In this document: positions 26,129 through 40,283 of the stretch, piece after piece
How the letters are laid out: the number at the start of each line of letters is the position of its first letter
Position numbering within the stretch: the first letter of the stretch is position 1
Origin: Eledone cirrhosa
Taxonomy: Eukaryota
NCBI GenBank assembly: GCA_964016885.1
Contig: CAXHJY010000874.1
Location: forward strand, 1 to 64,000
DNA length: 64,000 nucleotides
Direction: 5' to 3'
Translations under genes and position numbers: made by a program
Notes under the pieces: generated by a model
The model's input: the letters and a program-made list of their open reading frames with translations, nothing else
The model's database searches: none
What the model was told of the DNA's origin: nothing

Positions 26129-26268
26129 TCATTATTTCTGAAGACAGCATATATATGTGTAGGTATGTATATTCACTCTGATAGTTTGTAAAAAATTTAT
26201 ATAGATCTATATGATATACATACCAACACAAATACATATATATCCTAGAAACGATCGTAAAATGATGA
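26129..26268 (+). ncRNA. Hammerhead ribozyme with ~100-nt stem II
   Basis: TCATTATTT-CTGAAGA-[~100 nt]-GAAA-CGATCG-TA-AAATGATGA; 9-bp stem I, palindromic stem III. Confidence 0.75.
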
Positions 26269-26416
26269 ATTTTTTAATATAAGGAACTGTTTCTTTGTTT
26301 TTATTCATTATTTTTATTAATTTATCTTGACTCTGTTTTCCTGTATTTTTCATCGGAAAAAATTTTTTTGAATACATCTTCTCTTTTCATGATATTCGGA
26401 TTACATTGAGTTCTTC

Positions 26417-26457
<41 letters not shown>

Positions 26458-26597
26458 CACACATATGTATAAGGAAAACAAATCGAAAATGCAACTGGAG
26501 TCTTTTTTTAAGAATATTTATTTATTTCCTTTACCGGTTTAACAGTTCTTTCAAAAGTAAAATTGAGATAGAGGGTTTGTGGTTTGTCTCGTACCTA

Positions 26598-26665
<68 letters not shown>

Positions 26666-26844
26666 TGTTAATATTATAGGAATTCTTTCAATCTGAGGCT
26701 TCAGGCTTGCTGGATAATCTGGATTTGTTGTTAGATAACATTTTTCAGAAATCGACATTAGAAAGTTTATAAAAAAGAGAAAACTGCATAAAAGTGAAAC
26801 AACATATTGTTGTTCCTAACATTGTTGTGTTTATGTTGTTCCTG

Positions 26845-27580
26845 ACAGAAGCACAAGGCCAGAAATTTGGAGGAAGAGGTTAGTCGATATTTTGACAGAT
26901 ACTTTCTTTATTTTGGGAGATAAAAGCTAAAGTATTATCTCGGTGGAATTTGAACTCAGAACGAAAAAGAATGCTTTAACAAATGTAAGAGATATTATTA
27001 GACGCGAGGTTGACTTTGCCTTTCATCCTTACGGGGTCGATAAAATAAAGTACCAGTAATGCACTGGGTAATTGCTGGCCTTGTGCCTAAAGTAGAAACA
27101 ATTATTAGACACTGTAACGATTCTGCCAATCCACCGCGCTTACTTCTCGCGATAACTCAATTGGTCAAGATGAGGGTTGTAGTATCGTGAAATTTTAAAT
27201 AATGGTTTCTGATTTAGGCACAAGGCCAGTAAATTGAAGGGAAGGGGGAAATCTATTAAATTGACCCCAGGGCGCTACTTGTACTTTATTTTATCGATAC
27301 CGTAAGGATGAAAGACAAAGCTAACTTCAGCGGGATTTGAACTCTGATCGTAAAAGGGCCGTAACTATATACTGCAAAGCATGTTGTCCGACGCTCTACC
27401 GATTCTGCCAATCCACAGCCTTCATGAAACTTTAAATAATAATTTCTACTATAGGCACGAGGCCAGCAATTTGGAGGAAGGGGGAAAGTAGATTAAATTG
27501 ACCGCCAGTGAGTTACTGGTACTTTATTTTATCGACTCCGTAAGGATGAAAGGCAAAGCTAACCTCGGCGGGATGTGAAA
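26845..27580. mobile_element. Cluster of four Meta-like SINE copies
   Basis: Three minus-strand copies and one plus-strand copy (27003-27105) nested inside the first. Confidence 0.75.
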
Positions 27581-28258
27581 CTTTAAATAATAAAAATAGA
27601 AAATGTTTGTGATCATAGGCCTGCACAGTGTGGGCTGACTTGGGGTTAAATAGCAGCAGACACTTTAGAACAGCTGGTGACAACAACGAATAAAATTAAT
27701 GCAAAATCTTTAGATTTATAGCCCTAAAACTGATTCAATTAGTCGAATTACATAATACATCGATGATATATACGACTGAAAGGTCTTTAAATGGCTGAGT
27801 GGTTAAGAAGTTCGCTTCGCAATCATGAGGTTCTGAGTTCGATTTCACTACGTGCAACTTGAGCAAGTGTCTAGGTAAGTGAAAGCTGGTTGGTGGAACT
27901 GTGTGGAAGCCCGTCGGATGGATTGTACCAGTAATTTAAAGTTCTATCTTGGTTATATATTGTGTCAGACTAATTCTATCTGAGAATTACGTTCAATGCA
28001 TACCTGTCTGAGGAATACTCCACCTGCTACACGTTCATTTCTCGAGTCAGACGTCCAGTTGATCGTACAATTGAATATTCATCTTCGAAACTGGTGGGGC
28101 CCATAATGTAGAAATTCCACCAATTATGACGTCGTTATCACGTTTTTGTCCCTGGTCAGCTTTAATGCACCAGAATTGTGATTTCGTGATCATTTTGTCT
28201 TTTTTCTATATCGAGAACTACATTATTCTATGTCCTTCTGCGTGTTTAAGACGGTAAG

Positions 28259-28376
<118 letters not shown>

Positions 28377-29488
28377 GAGAGAGAGATATTACGTTTCTTA
28401 GGTTAAAGAATAAGCATGTGAAAATAAGTGGCAAAAGATATCTAAAAGTAGTAACGAGTAGACAAAAGGAAAAAAAACAATAAGCAAATGGCAGACTAAA
28501 TAAGTAAAACGGGGTTTGAAGGTAATATCGTATTACAGACGACAGATGTTACAAATTGTCTACTTTTATTGCTGTTCTTTGTTTAACGACGTCCAAATAA
28601 GCATTGCTACTATCTATAACAGATAATACTTTGTTATAATTTGCTCCAGATTATAATTGTTTAAACATAAAAAGAAAGAAAAGAAAAAAGAAGGGGTGGG
28701 GACCACATTCTTCTTTGACTAATGTGATGTAGGAACAAAATAACGAAAGTATCACCTCGGGGAAAGTTAGTGATATATGTTACCTCGTAACGACCTTCTT
28801 CGTGTGTGATGCCCTCATCTCGATTTAGTGGGATAAGACAACACCCCGGGGATCGAGGAATGTGATTCGTATATAGTTAGCATTCATTCCTCTCCGTTGC
28901 AGTCAACGGTGCCATTGTTTATGGCTGAAACAATAAGGTTGGTACCGGAGAAAGCGGCACAATATATGGCATCACGAATATAGTGACTTACCTACAATCA
29001 AATGTAAAAGGGGTGTACTGTCTAACCCAAAAGTGGGAAACCTTTTCATGTTGAAAGGTTGCATTAAGTTTCTTGTAATATAATAAGGCTGCATTCAAGA
29101 AACCATACTTATATATTCCTAAAATCTACATTTTGTAATAATCTAATTACTATATACTAATTATCTAAAAAACGGGGATAAATAACTTTTATAGCTAACT
29201 AGCTTTTAAGGACTTTCTTGTGACCGTTGGTTGTAGGAAAGCATTTTGATTTTTTGTTGCAACATGGAGGTCCTAAGTTTCTGCTGAACCTCTAGATGTG
29301 CATATGCCATGTGTAAACTCAAAGGTATTAAATTAAGAGAATAAGAGATTCACAAAAACACCATCATTGGCACGGAGTTGGCTACCCGCATGTGTGAGCC
29401 TCGCGTCTCCCTCACTTCCTCCGAGGAAACACTTTCTCTATTATGTCTGCTGGGACTGCGGGGAAACCAGTGCGGGGGCTCCCAGTTG

Positions 29489-32400
29489 CATATAATAGTG
29501 AGAGGTGGGGAGAGTGAGAGAGATGGAGGCAGTGAGTGAAAGAGAGAGTACATCAACCATATAATAGTGAGACGTGGGGAGAGTGAGAGAGATGGAGGCA
29601 GTGAGTGAAAGAGAGAGTACATCAACCATATAATAGTGAGAGGTGGGGAGAGTGAGAGAGATGGAGGCAGTGAGTGAAAGAGAGAGTACATCAACCATAT
29701 AATAGTGAGAGGTGGGGAGAGTGAGAGAGACGGAGGCAGTGAGTGAAAGATAGAGTACATTAACCATATAATAGTGAGAGGTGGGGAGAGTGAGAGAGAT
29801 GGAGGCAGTGAGTGAAAGAAAGAGTACATCAACCATATAATAGTGAGAGATGGGGAGAGTGAGAGAGATGGAGGCAGTGAGTGAAAGAGAGAGTACATCA
29901 ACCATATAATAGTGAGAGGTGGGGACAGTGAGAGAGACGGAGGCAGTGAGTGAAAGATAGAGTACATCAACCATATAATAGTGAGAGGTGGGGAGAGTGA
30001 GAGAGATGGAGGCAGTGAGTGAAAGATAGAGTACATCAACCATATAATAGTGAGAGGTGGGGAGAGTGAGAGAGATGGAGGCAGTGAGTGAAAGAGAGAG
30101 TACATCAACCATATAATAGTGAGAGGTGGGGACAGTGAGAGAGACGGAGGCAGTGAGTGAAAGATAGAGTACATCAACCATATAATAGTGAGAGGTGGGG
30201 AGAGTGAGAGAGATGGAGGCAGTGAGTGAAAGAGAGAGTACATCAACCATATAATAGTGAGAGGTGGGGAGAGTGAGAGAGATGGAGGCAGTGAGTGAAA
30301 GAGAGAGTACATCAACCATATAATAGTGAGAGGTGGGGAGAGTGAGAGAGACGGAGGCAGTGAGTGAAAGATAGAGTACATCAACCATATAATAGTGAGA
30401 GGTCGGGAGAGTGAGAGAGATGGAGGCAGTGAGTGAAAGAGAGAGTACATCAACCATATAATAGTGAGAGTGGGGACAATGAGAGAGACGGAGGCAGTGA
30501 GTGAAAGATAGAGTACATCAACCATATAATAGTGAGAGGTGGGGAGAGTGAGAGAGACGGAGGCAGTGAGTGAAAGATAGAGTACATCAACCATATAATA
30601 GTGAGAGGTGGGGAGAGTGAGAGAGATGGAGGCAGTGAGTGAAAGAGATAGTACATCAACCATATAATAGTGAGAGATGGGAACAGTGAGAGAGACGGAG
30701 GCAGTGAGTGAAAGATAGAGTACATCAACCATATAATAGTGAGAGGTGGGGAGAGTGAGAGAGATGGAGGCAGTGAGTGAAAGATAGAGTACATCAACCA
30801 TATAATAGTGAGAGGTGGGGAGAGTGAGAGAGATGGAGGCAGTGAGTGAAAGAGAGAGTACATCAACCATATAATAGTGAGAGGTGGGGACAGTGAGAGA
30901 GACGGAGGCAGTGAGTGAAAGATAGAGTACATCAACCATATAATAGTGAGAGGTGGGGAGAGTGAGAGAGATGGAGGCAGTGAGTGAAAGAGAGAGTACA
31001 TCAACCATATAATAGTGAGAGGTGGGGAGAGTGAGAGAGACGGAGGCAGTGAGTGAAAGATAGAGTACATCAACCATATAATAGTGAGAGGTGGGGAGAG
31101 TGAGAGAGATAGAGGCAGTGAGTGAAAGAGAGAGTACATCAACCATATAATAGTGAGAGGTGGGGACAATGAGAGAGACGGAGGCAGTGAGTGAAAGATA
31201 GAGTACATCAACCATAAAATAGTGAGAGGTGGGGAGAGTGAGAGAGATGGAGGCAGTGAGTGAAAGAGAGAGTACATCAACCATATAATAGTGAGAGGTG
31301 GTGAGAGTGAGAGAGACGGAGGCAGTAAGTGAAAGAGAGAGTACATCAACCATATAATAGTGAGAGGTGGGGAGAGTGAGAGAGACGGAGGCAGTGAGTG
31401 AAAGATAGAGTACATCAACCATATAATAGTGAGAGGTGGGAGAGTGAGAGAGATGGAGGCAGTGAGTGAAAGAGAGAGTACATCAACCATATAATAGTGA
31501 GAGATGGGGAGAGTGAGAGAGACGGAGGCAGTGAGTGAAAGAGAGAGTACATTAACCATATAATAGTGAAAGGTGGGGAGAGTGAGAGAGACAGAGGCAG
31601 TGAGTGAAAGAGAGAGTACAGGAACCATATAATAGTGAGAGGTGGGGAGAGTGAGAGAGACGGAGGCAGTGAGTGAAAGAGAGAGTACATTAACCATATA
31701 ATAGTGAAAGGTGGGGAGAGTGAGAGAGACAGAGGCAGTGAGTGAAAGAGAGAGTACAGGAACCATATAATAGTGAGAGGTGGGGAGAGTGAGAGAGATG
31801 GAGGCAGTGAGTGAAAGAGAGAGTACAGGAACCATATAATAGTGAGAGATGGGGAGAGTGAGAGAGATGGAGGCATTGAGTGAAAGAGAGAGTACATCAA
31901 CCATATAATAGTGAGAGGTGGGGAGAGTGAGAGAGACGGAGGCAGTGAGTGAAAGAGAGAGTACATCAACTATATAATAGGGAGAGGTGGGGAGAGTGAG
32001 AGAGATGGAGGCAGTGAGTGAAAGAGAGAGTACATCAACCATATAATAGTGAGAGTGGGGACAATGAGAGAGACGGAGGCAGTGAGTGAAAGATAGAGTA
32101 CATCAACCATATAATAGTGAGAGGTGGGGAGAGTGAGAGAGATGGAGGCAGTGAGTGAAAGATAGAGTACATCAACCATATAATAGTGAGAGGTGGGGAG
32201 AGTGAGAGAGATGGAGGCAGTGAGTGAAAGATAGAGTACATCAACCATATAATAGTGAGAGGTGGGGAGAGTGAGAGAGATGGAGGCAGTGAGTGAAAGA
32301 GAGAGTACATCAACCATATAATAGTGAGAGGTGGGGACAGTGAGAAAGACGGAGGCAGTGAGTGAAAGATAGAGTACATCAACCATATAATAGTGAGAGG

Positions 32401-35400
32401 TGGGGAGAGTGAGAGAGATGGAGCCAGTGAGTGAAAGAGAGAGTACATCAACCATATAATAGTGAGAGGTGGGGAGAGTGAGAGAGATGGAGGCAGTGAG
32501 TGAAAGAGAGAGTACATCAACCATATAATAGTGAGAGGTGGGGACAATGAGAGAGACGGAGGCAGTGAGTGAAAGATAGAGTACATCAACCATAAAATAG
32601 TGAGAGGTGGGGAGAGTGAGAGAGATGGAGGCAGTGAGTGAAAGAGAGAGTACATCAACCATATAATAGTGAGAGGTGGGGACAATGAGAGAGACGGAGG
32701 CAGTGAGTGAAAGATAGAGTACATCAACCATAAAATAGTGAGAGGTGGTGAGAGTGAGAGAGACGGAGGCAGTGAGTGAAAGAGAGAGTACATCAACCAT
32801 ATAATAGTGAGAGGTGGGGAGAGTGAGAGAGACGGAGGCAGTGAGTGAAAGATAGAGTACATCAACCATATAATAGTGAGAGGTGGGAGAGTGAGAGAGA
32901 TGGAAGCAGTGAGTGAAAGAGAGAGTACATCAACCATATAATAGTGAGAGATGGGGAGAGTGAGAGAGACGGAGGCAGTGAGTGAAAGAGAGAGTACATT
33001 AACCATATAATAGTGAAAGGTGGGGAGAGTGAGAGAGACAGAGGCAGTGAGTGAAAGAGAGAGTACAGGAACCATATAATAGTGAGAGATGGGGAGAGTG
33101 AGAGAGATGGAGGCATTGAGTGAAAGAGAGAGTACATCAACCATATAATAGTGAGAGGTGGGGAGAGTGAGAGAGACGGAGGCAGTGAGTGAAAGAGAGA
33201 GTACATCAACTATATAATAGGGAGAGGTGGGGAGAGTGAGAGAGATGGAGGCAGTGAGTGAAAGAGAGAGTACATCAACCATATAATAGTGAGAGGTGGG
33301 GAGAGTGAGAGAGACGGAGGCAGTGAGTGAAAGATAGAGTACATCAACCATATAATAGTGAGAGGTGGGAGAGTGAGAGAGATGGAGGCAGTGAGTGAAA
33401 GAGAGAGTACATCAACCATATAATAGTGAGAGGTGGGGAGAGTGAGAGAGACGGAGGCAGTGAGTGAAAGAGAGAGTACATCAACTATATAATAGGGAGA
33501 GGTGGGGAGAGTGAGAGAGATGGAGGCAGTGAGTGAAAGAGAGAGTACATCAACCATATAATAGTGAGAGGTGGGGAGAGTGAGAGAGACGGAGGCAGTG
33601 AGTGAAAGATAGAGTACATCAACTATATAATAGTGAGAGGTGGGAGAGTGAGAGAGATGGAGGCAGTGAGTGAGAGAGAGAGTACATCAACCATATAATA
33701 GTGAGAGGTGGGGAGAGTGAGAGAGACAGAGGCAGTGAGTGAAAGAGAGAGTACAGGAACCATATAATAGTGAGAGATGGGGAGAGTGAGAGAGATGGAG
33801 GCATTGAGTGAAAGAGAGAGTACATCAACCATATAATAGTGAGAGGTGGGGAGAGTGAGAGAGACGGAGGCAGTGAGTGAAAGAGAGAGTACATCAACTA
33901 TATAATAGGGAGAGGTGGGGAGAGTGAGAGAGATGGAGGCAGTGAGTGAAAGAGAGAGTACATCAACCATATAATAGTGAGAGGTGGGGAGAGTGAGAGA
34001 GACGGAGGCAGTGAGTGAAAGATAGAGTACATCAACCATATAATAGTGAGAGGTGGGGAGAGTGAGAGAGACGGAGGCAGTGAGTGAAAGAGAGAGTACA
34101 TTAACCATATAATAGTGAAAGGTGGGGAGAGTGAGAGAGACAGAGGCAGTGAGTGAAAGAGAGAGTACAGGAACCATATAATAGTGAGAGGTGGGGAGAG
34201 TGAGAGAGACGGAGGCAGTGAGTGAAAGAGAGAGTACATTAACCATATAATAGTGAAAGGTGGGGAGAGTGAGAGAGACAGAGGCAGTGAGTGAAAGAGA
34301 GAGTACAGGAACCATATAATAGTGAGAGGTGGGGAGAGTGAGAGAGATGGAGGCAGTGAGTGAAAGAGAGAGTACAGGAACCATATAATAGTGAGAGATG
34401 GGGAGAGTGAGAGAGATGGAGGCATTGAGTGAAAGAGAGAGTACATCAACCATATAATAGTGAGAGGTGGGGAGAGTGAGAGAGACGGAGGCAGTGAGTG
34501 AAAGAGAGAGTACATCAACTATATAATAGGGAGAGGTGGGGAGAGTGAGAGAGATGGAGGCAGTGAGTGAAAGAGAGAGTACATCAACCATATAATAGTG
34601 AGAGTGGGGACAATGAGAGAGACGGAGGCAGTGAGTGAAAGATAGAGTACATCAACCATATAATAGTGAGAGGTGGGGAGAGTGAGAGAGATGGAGGCAG
34701 TGAGTGAAAGATAGAGTACATCAACCATATAATAGTGAGAGGTGGGGAGAGTGAGAGAGATGGAGGCAGTGAGTGAAAGATAGAGTACATCAACCATATA
34801 ATAGTGAGAGGTGGGGAGAGTGAGAGAGATGGAGGCAGTGAGTGAAAGAGAGAGTACATCAACCATATAATAGTGAGAGGTGGGGACAGTGAGAAAGACG
34901 GAGGCAGTGAGTGAAAGATAGAGTACATCAACCATATAATAGTGAGAGGTGGGGAGAGTGAGAGAGATGGAGCCAGTGAGTGAAAGAGAGAGTACATCAA
35001 CCATATAATAGTGAGAGGTGGGGAGAGTGAGAGAGATGGAGGCAGTGAGTGAAAGAGAGAGTACATCAACCATATAATAGTGAGAGGTGGGGACAATGAG
35101 AGAGACGGAGGCAGTGAGTGAAAGATAGAGTACATCAACCATAAAATAGTGAGAGGTGGGGAGAGTGAGAGAGATGGAGGCAGTGAGTGAAAGAGAGAGT
35201 ACATCAACCATATAATAGTGAGAGGTGGGGACAATGAGAGAGACGGAGGCAGTGAGTGAAAGATAGAGTACATCAACCATAAAATAGTGAGAGGTGGTGA
35301 GAGTGAGAGAGACGGAGGCAGTGAGTGAAAGAGAGAGTACATCAACCATATAATAGTGAGAGGTGGGGAGAGTGAGAGAGACGGAGGCAGTGAGTGAAAG

Positions 35401-37188
35401 ATAGAGTACATCAACCATATAATAGTGAGAGGTGGGAGAGTGAGAGAGATGGAAGCAGTGAGTGAAAGAGAGAGTACATCAACCATATAATAGTGAGAGG
35501 TGGGGAGAGTGAGAGAGACGGAGGCAGTGAGTGAAAGATAGAGTACATCAACCATATAATAGTGAGAGGTGGGAGAGTGAGAGAGATGGAGGCAGTGAGT
35601 GAAAGAGAGAGTACATCAACCATATAATAGTGAGAGGTGGGGAGAGTGAGAGAGACGGAGGCAGTGAGTGAAAGATAGAGTACATCAACTATATAATAGT
35701 GAGAGGTGGGAGAGTGAGAGAGATGGAGGCAGTGAGTGAGAGAGAGAGTACATCAACCATATAATAGTGAGAGGTGGGGAGAGTGAGAGAGACAGAGGCA
35801 GTGAGTGAAAGAGAGAGTACAGGAACCATATAATAGTGAGAGATGGGGAGAGTGAGAGAGATGGAGGCATTGAGTGAAAGAGAGAGTACATCAACCATAT
35901 AATAGTGAGAGGTGGGGAGAGTGAGAGAGACGGAGGCAGTGAGTGAAAGAGAGAGTACATCAACTATATAATAGGGAGAGGTGGGGAGAGTGAGAGAGAT
36001 GGAGGCAGTGAGTGAAAGAGAGAGTACATCAACCATATAATAGTGAGAGGTGGGGAGAGTGAGAGAGACGGAGGCAGTGAGTGAAAGATAGAGTACATCA
36101 ACCATATAATAGTGAGAGGTGGGAGAGTGAGAGAGATGGAGGCAGTGAGTGAAAGAGAGAGTACATCAACCATATAATAGTGAGAGGTGGGGAGAGTGAG
36201 AGAGACGGAGGCAGTGAGTGAAAGAGAGAGTACATCAACTATATAATAGGGAGAGGTGGGGAGAGTGAGAGAGATGGAGGCAGTGAGTGAAAGAGAGAGT
36301 ACATCAACCATATAATAGTGAGAGGTGGGGAGAGTGAGAGAGACGGAGGCAGTGAGTGAAAGATAGAGTACATCAACTATATAATAGTGAGAGGTGGGAG
36401 AGTGAGAGAGATGGAGGCAGTGAGTGAGAGAGAGAGTACATCAACCATATAATAGTGAGAGGTGGGGAGAGTGAGAGAGACAGAGGCAGTGAGTGAAAGA
36501 GAGAGTACAGGAACCATATAATAGTGAGAGATGGGGAGAGTGAGAGAGATGGAGGCATTGAGTGAAAGAGAGAGTACATCAACCATATAATAGTGAGAGG
36601 TGGGGAGAGTGAGAGAGACGGAGGCAGTGAGTGAAAGAGAGAGTACATCAACTATATAATAGGGAGAGGTGGGGAGAGTGAGAGAGATGGAGGCAGTGAG
36701 TGAAAGAGAGAGTACATCAACCATATAATAGTGAGAGGTGGGGAGAGTGAGAGAGACGGAGGCAGTGAGTGAAAGATAGAGTACATCAACCATATAATAG
36801 TGAGAGGTGGGAGAGTGAGAGAGATGGAGGCAGTGAGTGAAAGAGAGAGTACATCAACCATATAATAGTGAGAGATGGGGAGAGTGAGAGAGACGGAGGC
36901 AGTGAGTGAAAGAGAGAGTACATTAACCATATAATAGTGAAAGGTGGGGAGAGTGAGAGAGACAGAGGCAGTGAGTGAAAGAGAGAGTACAGGAACCATA
37001 TAATAGTGAGAGAGACGGAGGCAGTGAGTGAAAGAGAGAGGACATCAACCATATAATAGTGAGAGATGGGGAGAGTGAGAGAGATGGTGGCAGTGAATGA
37101 AAGAGAGAGTACATCAATCATATAATAGGAGAGGTGGGGAGAGTGAGAGAGTCGGAGACAGTGAGTGAAAGAGAGAGTACATCAACCA
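29489..37188. repeat. 69-bp minisatellite array, ~112 copies
   Basis: Unit CATATAATAGTGAGAGGTGGGGAGAGTGAGAGAGATGGAGGCAGTGAGTGAAAGAGAGAGTACATCAAC; variant units recur in blocks. Confidence 0.98.
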
Positions 37189-37740
37189 GTTTTTTAATGA
37201 TTGCTTTTGTTGTTATTTTTTGGCTAGGCTTTTCTCTTTTTGTTTCATTCAAAATTTCCATTTATAGCAATCAATTTAGATCTCGGTTACGCAGCTCAGC
37301 TTTATTCAACATCTCATATACTCCGCTGGTGGTTAATTACAGAGTAAATAACAGACGAAATGTAACAGAAAAAAAAACAACTTTTATATACATAGTTTAT
37401 TTTGAAATATCTATATTTGCGTCCACAGATTTTAGAATATCTCAGTTTTCGAGCATCCCTGTTTTCAGGTGAAAGCAAAGATGTTGTGCTTAAACTTAAA
37501 ATCTGTTCAAATAATAAATATCTGGCCAAGTGTTTTATATATATATTATTTATTTATGTTCATACACAGGACAAAAGCGCTACAAAAGGTTTCAATGCCT
37601 AAATGTAATCATATCTCTAGAATACTAGAGGCATCAAATGACCTTTCTTCAAGCGTTTATATGTTCCGTGTGTGAACTTAAATAAATAATATATTATTGA
37701 GCACTGTTTTCCTTCTTCCTTTTCACACCTTCGGATATTG

Positions 37741-37741
<1 letters not shown>

Positions 37742-37794
<53 letters not shown>

Positions 37795-37827
37795 CACACA
37801 CACACACAGACACACACACACACACAG

Positions 37828-37859
<32 letters not shown>

Positions 37860-38011
37860 ACATACACACATACACACACAGACACACACAGACACACACA
37901 GACACACAGACACAGACACACACACACACCCACACACACACACACCCATAAACACACACACATACAGACACACACACACAGACACACACACACTAAGACA
38001 CACACACACAG

Positions 38012-38044
<33 letters not shown>

Positions 38045-38097
38045 GACAAACACAGACACACACACACAGACACACACACACTCAAACACACACACAG

Positions 38098-38132
<35 letters not shown>
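37742..38132. repeat. (CA)n/(CAGACA)n microsatellite
   Basis: Directly visible. Confidence 0.97.
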
Positions 38133-38134
<2 letters not shown>

Positions 38135-38928
38135 AGTATACGTATTTTGTATATCTAGCGATATACGGTGTGTTTACGAATAATCATTTTGAAAGTCTTC
38201 AGCTATGAATTTAGAAACTGATGACGTAGCGCCATCTAGCGGATTCCAGCAGAAGCAAAGGGTGGGTAACTGACGACAAAGATATCGTTTCTGACTCTGG
38301 CTGTTATCAAATCAGTGATCTGCTCTCTGCTGGAACTCAATATGGGCTGATTAGCCTCATTTTCATATAGAGCTATCGGCTGGCTCGGCCGGCAAATAGA
38401 ATTAAGGTGTTAGCTCTCTCATAGCTGTATACATATAAGTATGCGTGTTTTGTGTATCTAGCGATATACGGTGTGTTTACGAATAAACTAGCCGTAATGG
38501 AGGGAGATGGGATCAAGGAACTAGTCATAATAGTGGGAGGGGGAATCAAGGGACCAGTGATAAAGGTGAGAGGGGGGATCAAACAACAATTCATCAACAT
38601 ATAATAGGATTTTAATCACAACCCAATCAAGAATATACACAATGACAAAGTGTCTCTTTCCTGCGAAGTGTTGAAGATTTTCTTATTGAGGTGAAATCCC
38701 AGTCTTCAATCGAAAATTCAAGGTCTGTTATGAATAAATCCCCAATTCCCTCTGCAAACTTCAATCAGGATGATACTGACGGTTAGATGTATATGTTGGC
38801 ATGGCTTTGAATGGAGTTTCTGAGTCACTCGAGAACGATTCAGGTCTAGAATTTTCAGCACGCAGGAGTCAAACTTATTCCCAACTATAGTTAGCTTTGA
38901 TCTAGTTGAGTGATATTATTTTAGAAAG

Positions 38929-39118
38929 ACGGTGGATTGGCAGTATCGGTAGAGGGTCGGACGTCATGCTTTCCAGCATAGTTACGTCCCTTTACCATCT
39001 GAGTTCAAATCCCGCCGAGGTTGACTTTGCCTTTCATCCTTACGGGGTCGATAAAAATAAAGTACCAGTAATGCACTGGGTAATTGCTGGCCTTGTGCCT
39101 AAAGTAGAAACAATTATT
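38929..39118 (+). mobile_element. Full-length Meta-like tRNA SINE
   Basis: A box TGGCAGTATCGG, B box GAGTTCAAATCC, core and tail; flanked by a ttattttagaaagac-like duplication. Confidence 0.85.
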
Positions 39119-39731
39119 TTAGAAAGACTTAAGTAACAAGTTAAAAGTGATCTTGCACTGAGTATGGTATCTATTCATAGTTGTTACGGAGTCCAGGTGA
39201 CCAAACTTCCTTAGTCGTTTGGAAATATCATACTCATTAGTGTTATTTGGTGACTAGAATAACACCTTAGACGTACAATGGGGTTGTGTTGGAGTACCAG
39301 ATAAGATGATGGCGTAAAGTTATCTGAACAAGCTTCGAACACATTTCTCAAATATATTCAGTCTCCGAAATGTCTCAAATGGACCAATTGCAATGAGTCA
39401 TTGGGGGCCAATATTATGTTAGCATACCCATTAGTTTAGTAACCAGCAAAAATGCAGTGTGAACATTCTAGAGTAGTTGGTTACACAGACCATATGGACT
39501 AAATCTGTATTGCTAATTTAGATTGAACTTTTTGATAGTAACCGGGTTACTGGAAGCTGAATGTGTCGTTTCCTACAGAGAAGCATTATAATTGAGTTAA
39601 TTGAGGGGGAATTGATGGAGCTATTATAACCGACAATTATTAGGTGGAGTTAAGAGGACAGCTTAAATTTGTATCAGTTAGTTTTAGTAAGAAACTAACG
39701 TTAGAATGTATTTTGTTAGTGATAGAATTAT

Positions 39732-39911
39732 TAGACTAGAGTCTTGTGGAAATAATATCGCTATACTAGAGTCTTGTAGAAAAGATACTGCCAAACTAGA
39801 GTTTTGTGGGAAAGATACTGCTAAACTTGAGTCTTGTGGGAAATATATTGGTATACTTGAGTCTTGTGGGAAAGATATCACTAGACTTGAGTCTTGTGGG
39901 AATGATATCGC
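39732..39911. repeat. 30-bp diverged tandem repeat, 6 copies
   Basis: GAGTCTTGTGG-like motif at 30-bp period (39739, 39769 ... 39889). Confidence 0.85.
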
Positions 39912-40283
39912 AGATAACGTTTGGACAGCGGTTAAAATGACGTTTGTGGTTTCTTTAACGATAAGCAAGAAGGTTGCGTTGTCTGTCCGAAAATCATTGA
40001 CCCGCGGAATTATAGTGGTCAGTTGTTATCGCGTGTATATCGAATATGACGATTGTATTACTGATTTTCTTTGACAAAGAGGCTCCGGCAATTTTTCCTC
40101 TGTCTAGTGACCATGGTAATATGACTTGTTTTAATAGGTTGTACGCTGGTAGAGGATGAAAGGAATGAGAGCAGGAATTTTTCTTCTGTGAAATACTTAT
40201 CGATTTCCTTAGATATCTCACGAACTGTAAACGATAATTCTATCCGGGATTTGAACTCAGCATAATAATATAATATATCACTT

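Larger units (their letters stand above)
24963..26419 (+). mobile_element. Naiad-type PLE 3' end (GIY-YIG + 3' UTR + HHR)
   Basis: Starts at (TA)n, ends at (TG)n; contains the endonuclease frame and HHR listed next. Confidence 0.8.

Noticed and set aside
29489-37188. CRISPR array, or 300-690-aa membrane proteins from the 69-bp repeat
   Set aside because: Contiguous tandem units with no unique spacers and no cas genes. The ORFs arise because the pyrimidine strand lacks stops in two frames, and frequent 1-bp deletions switch frames freely.
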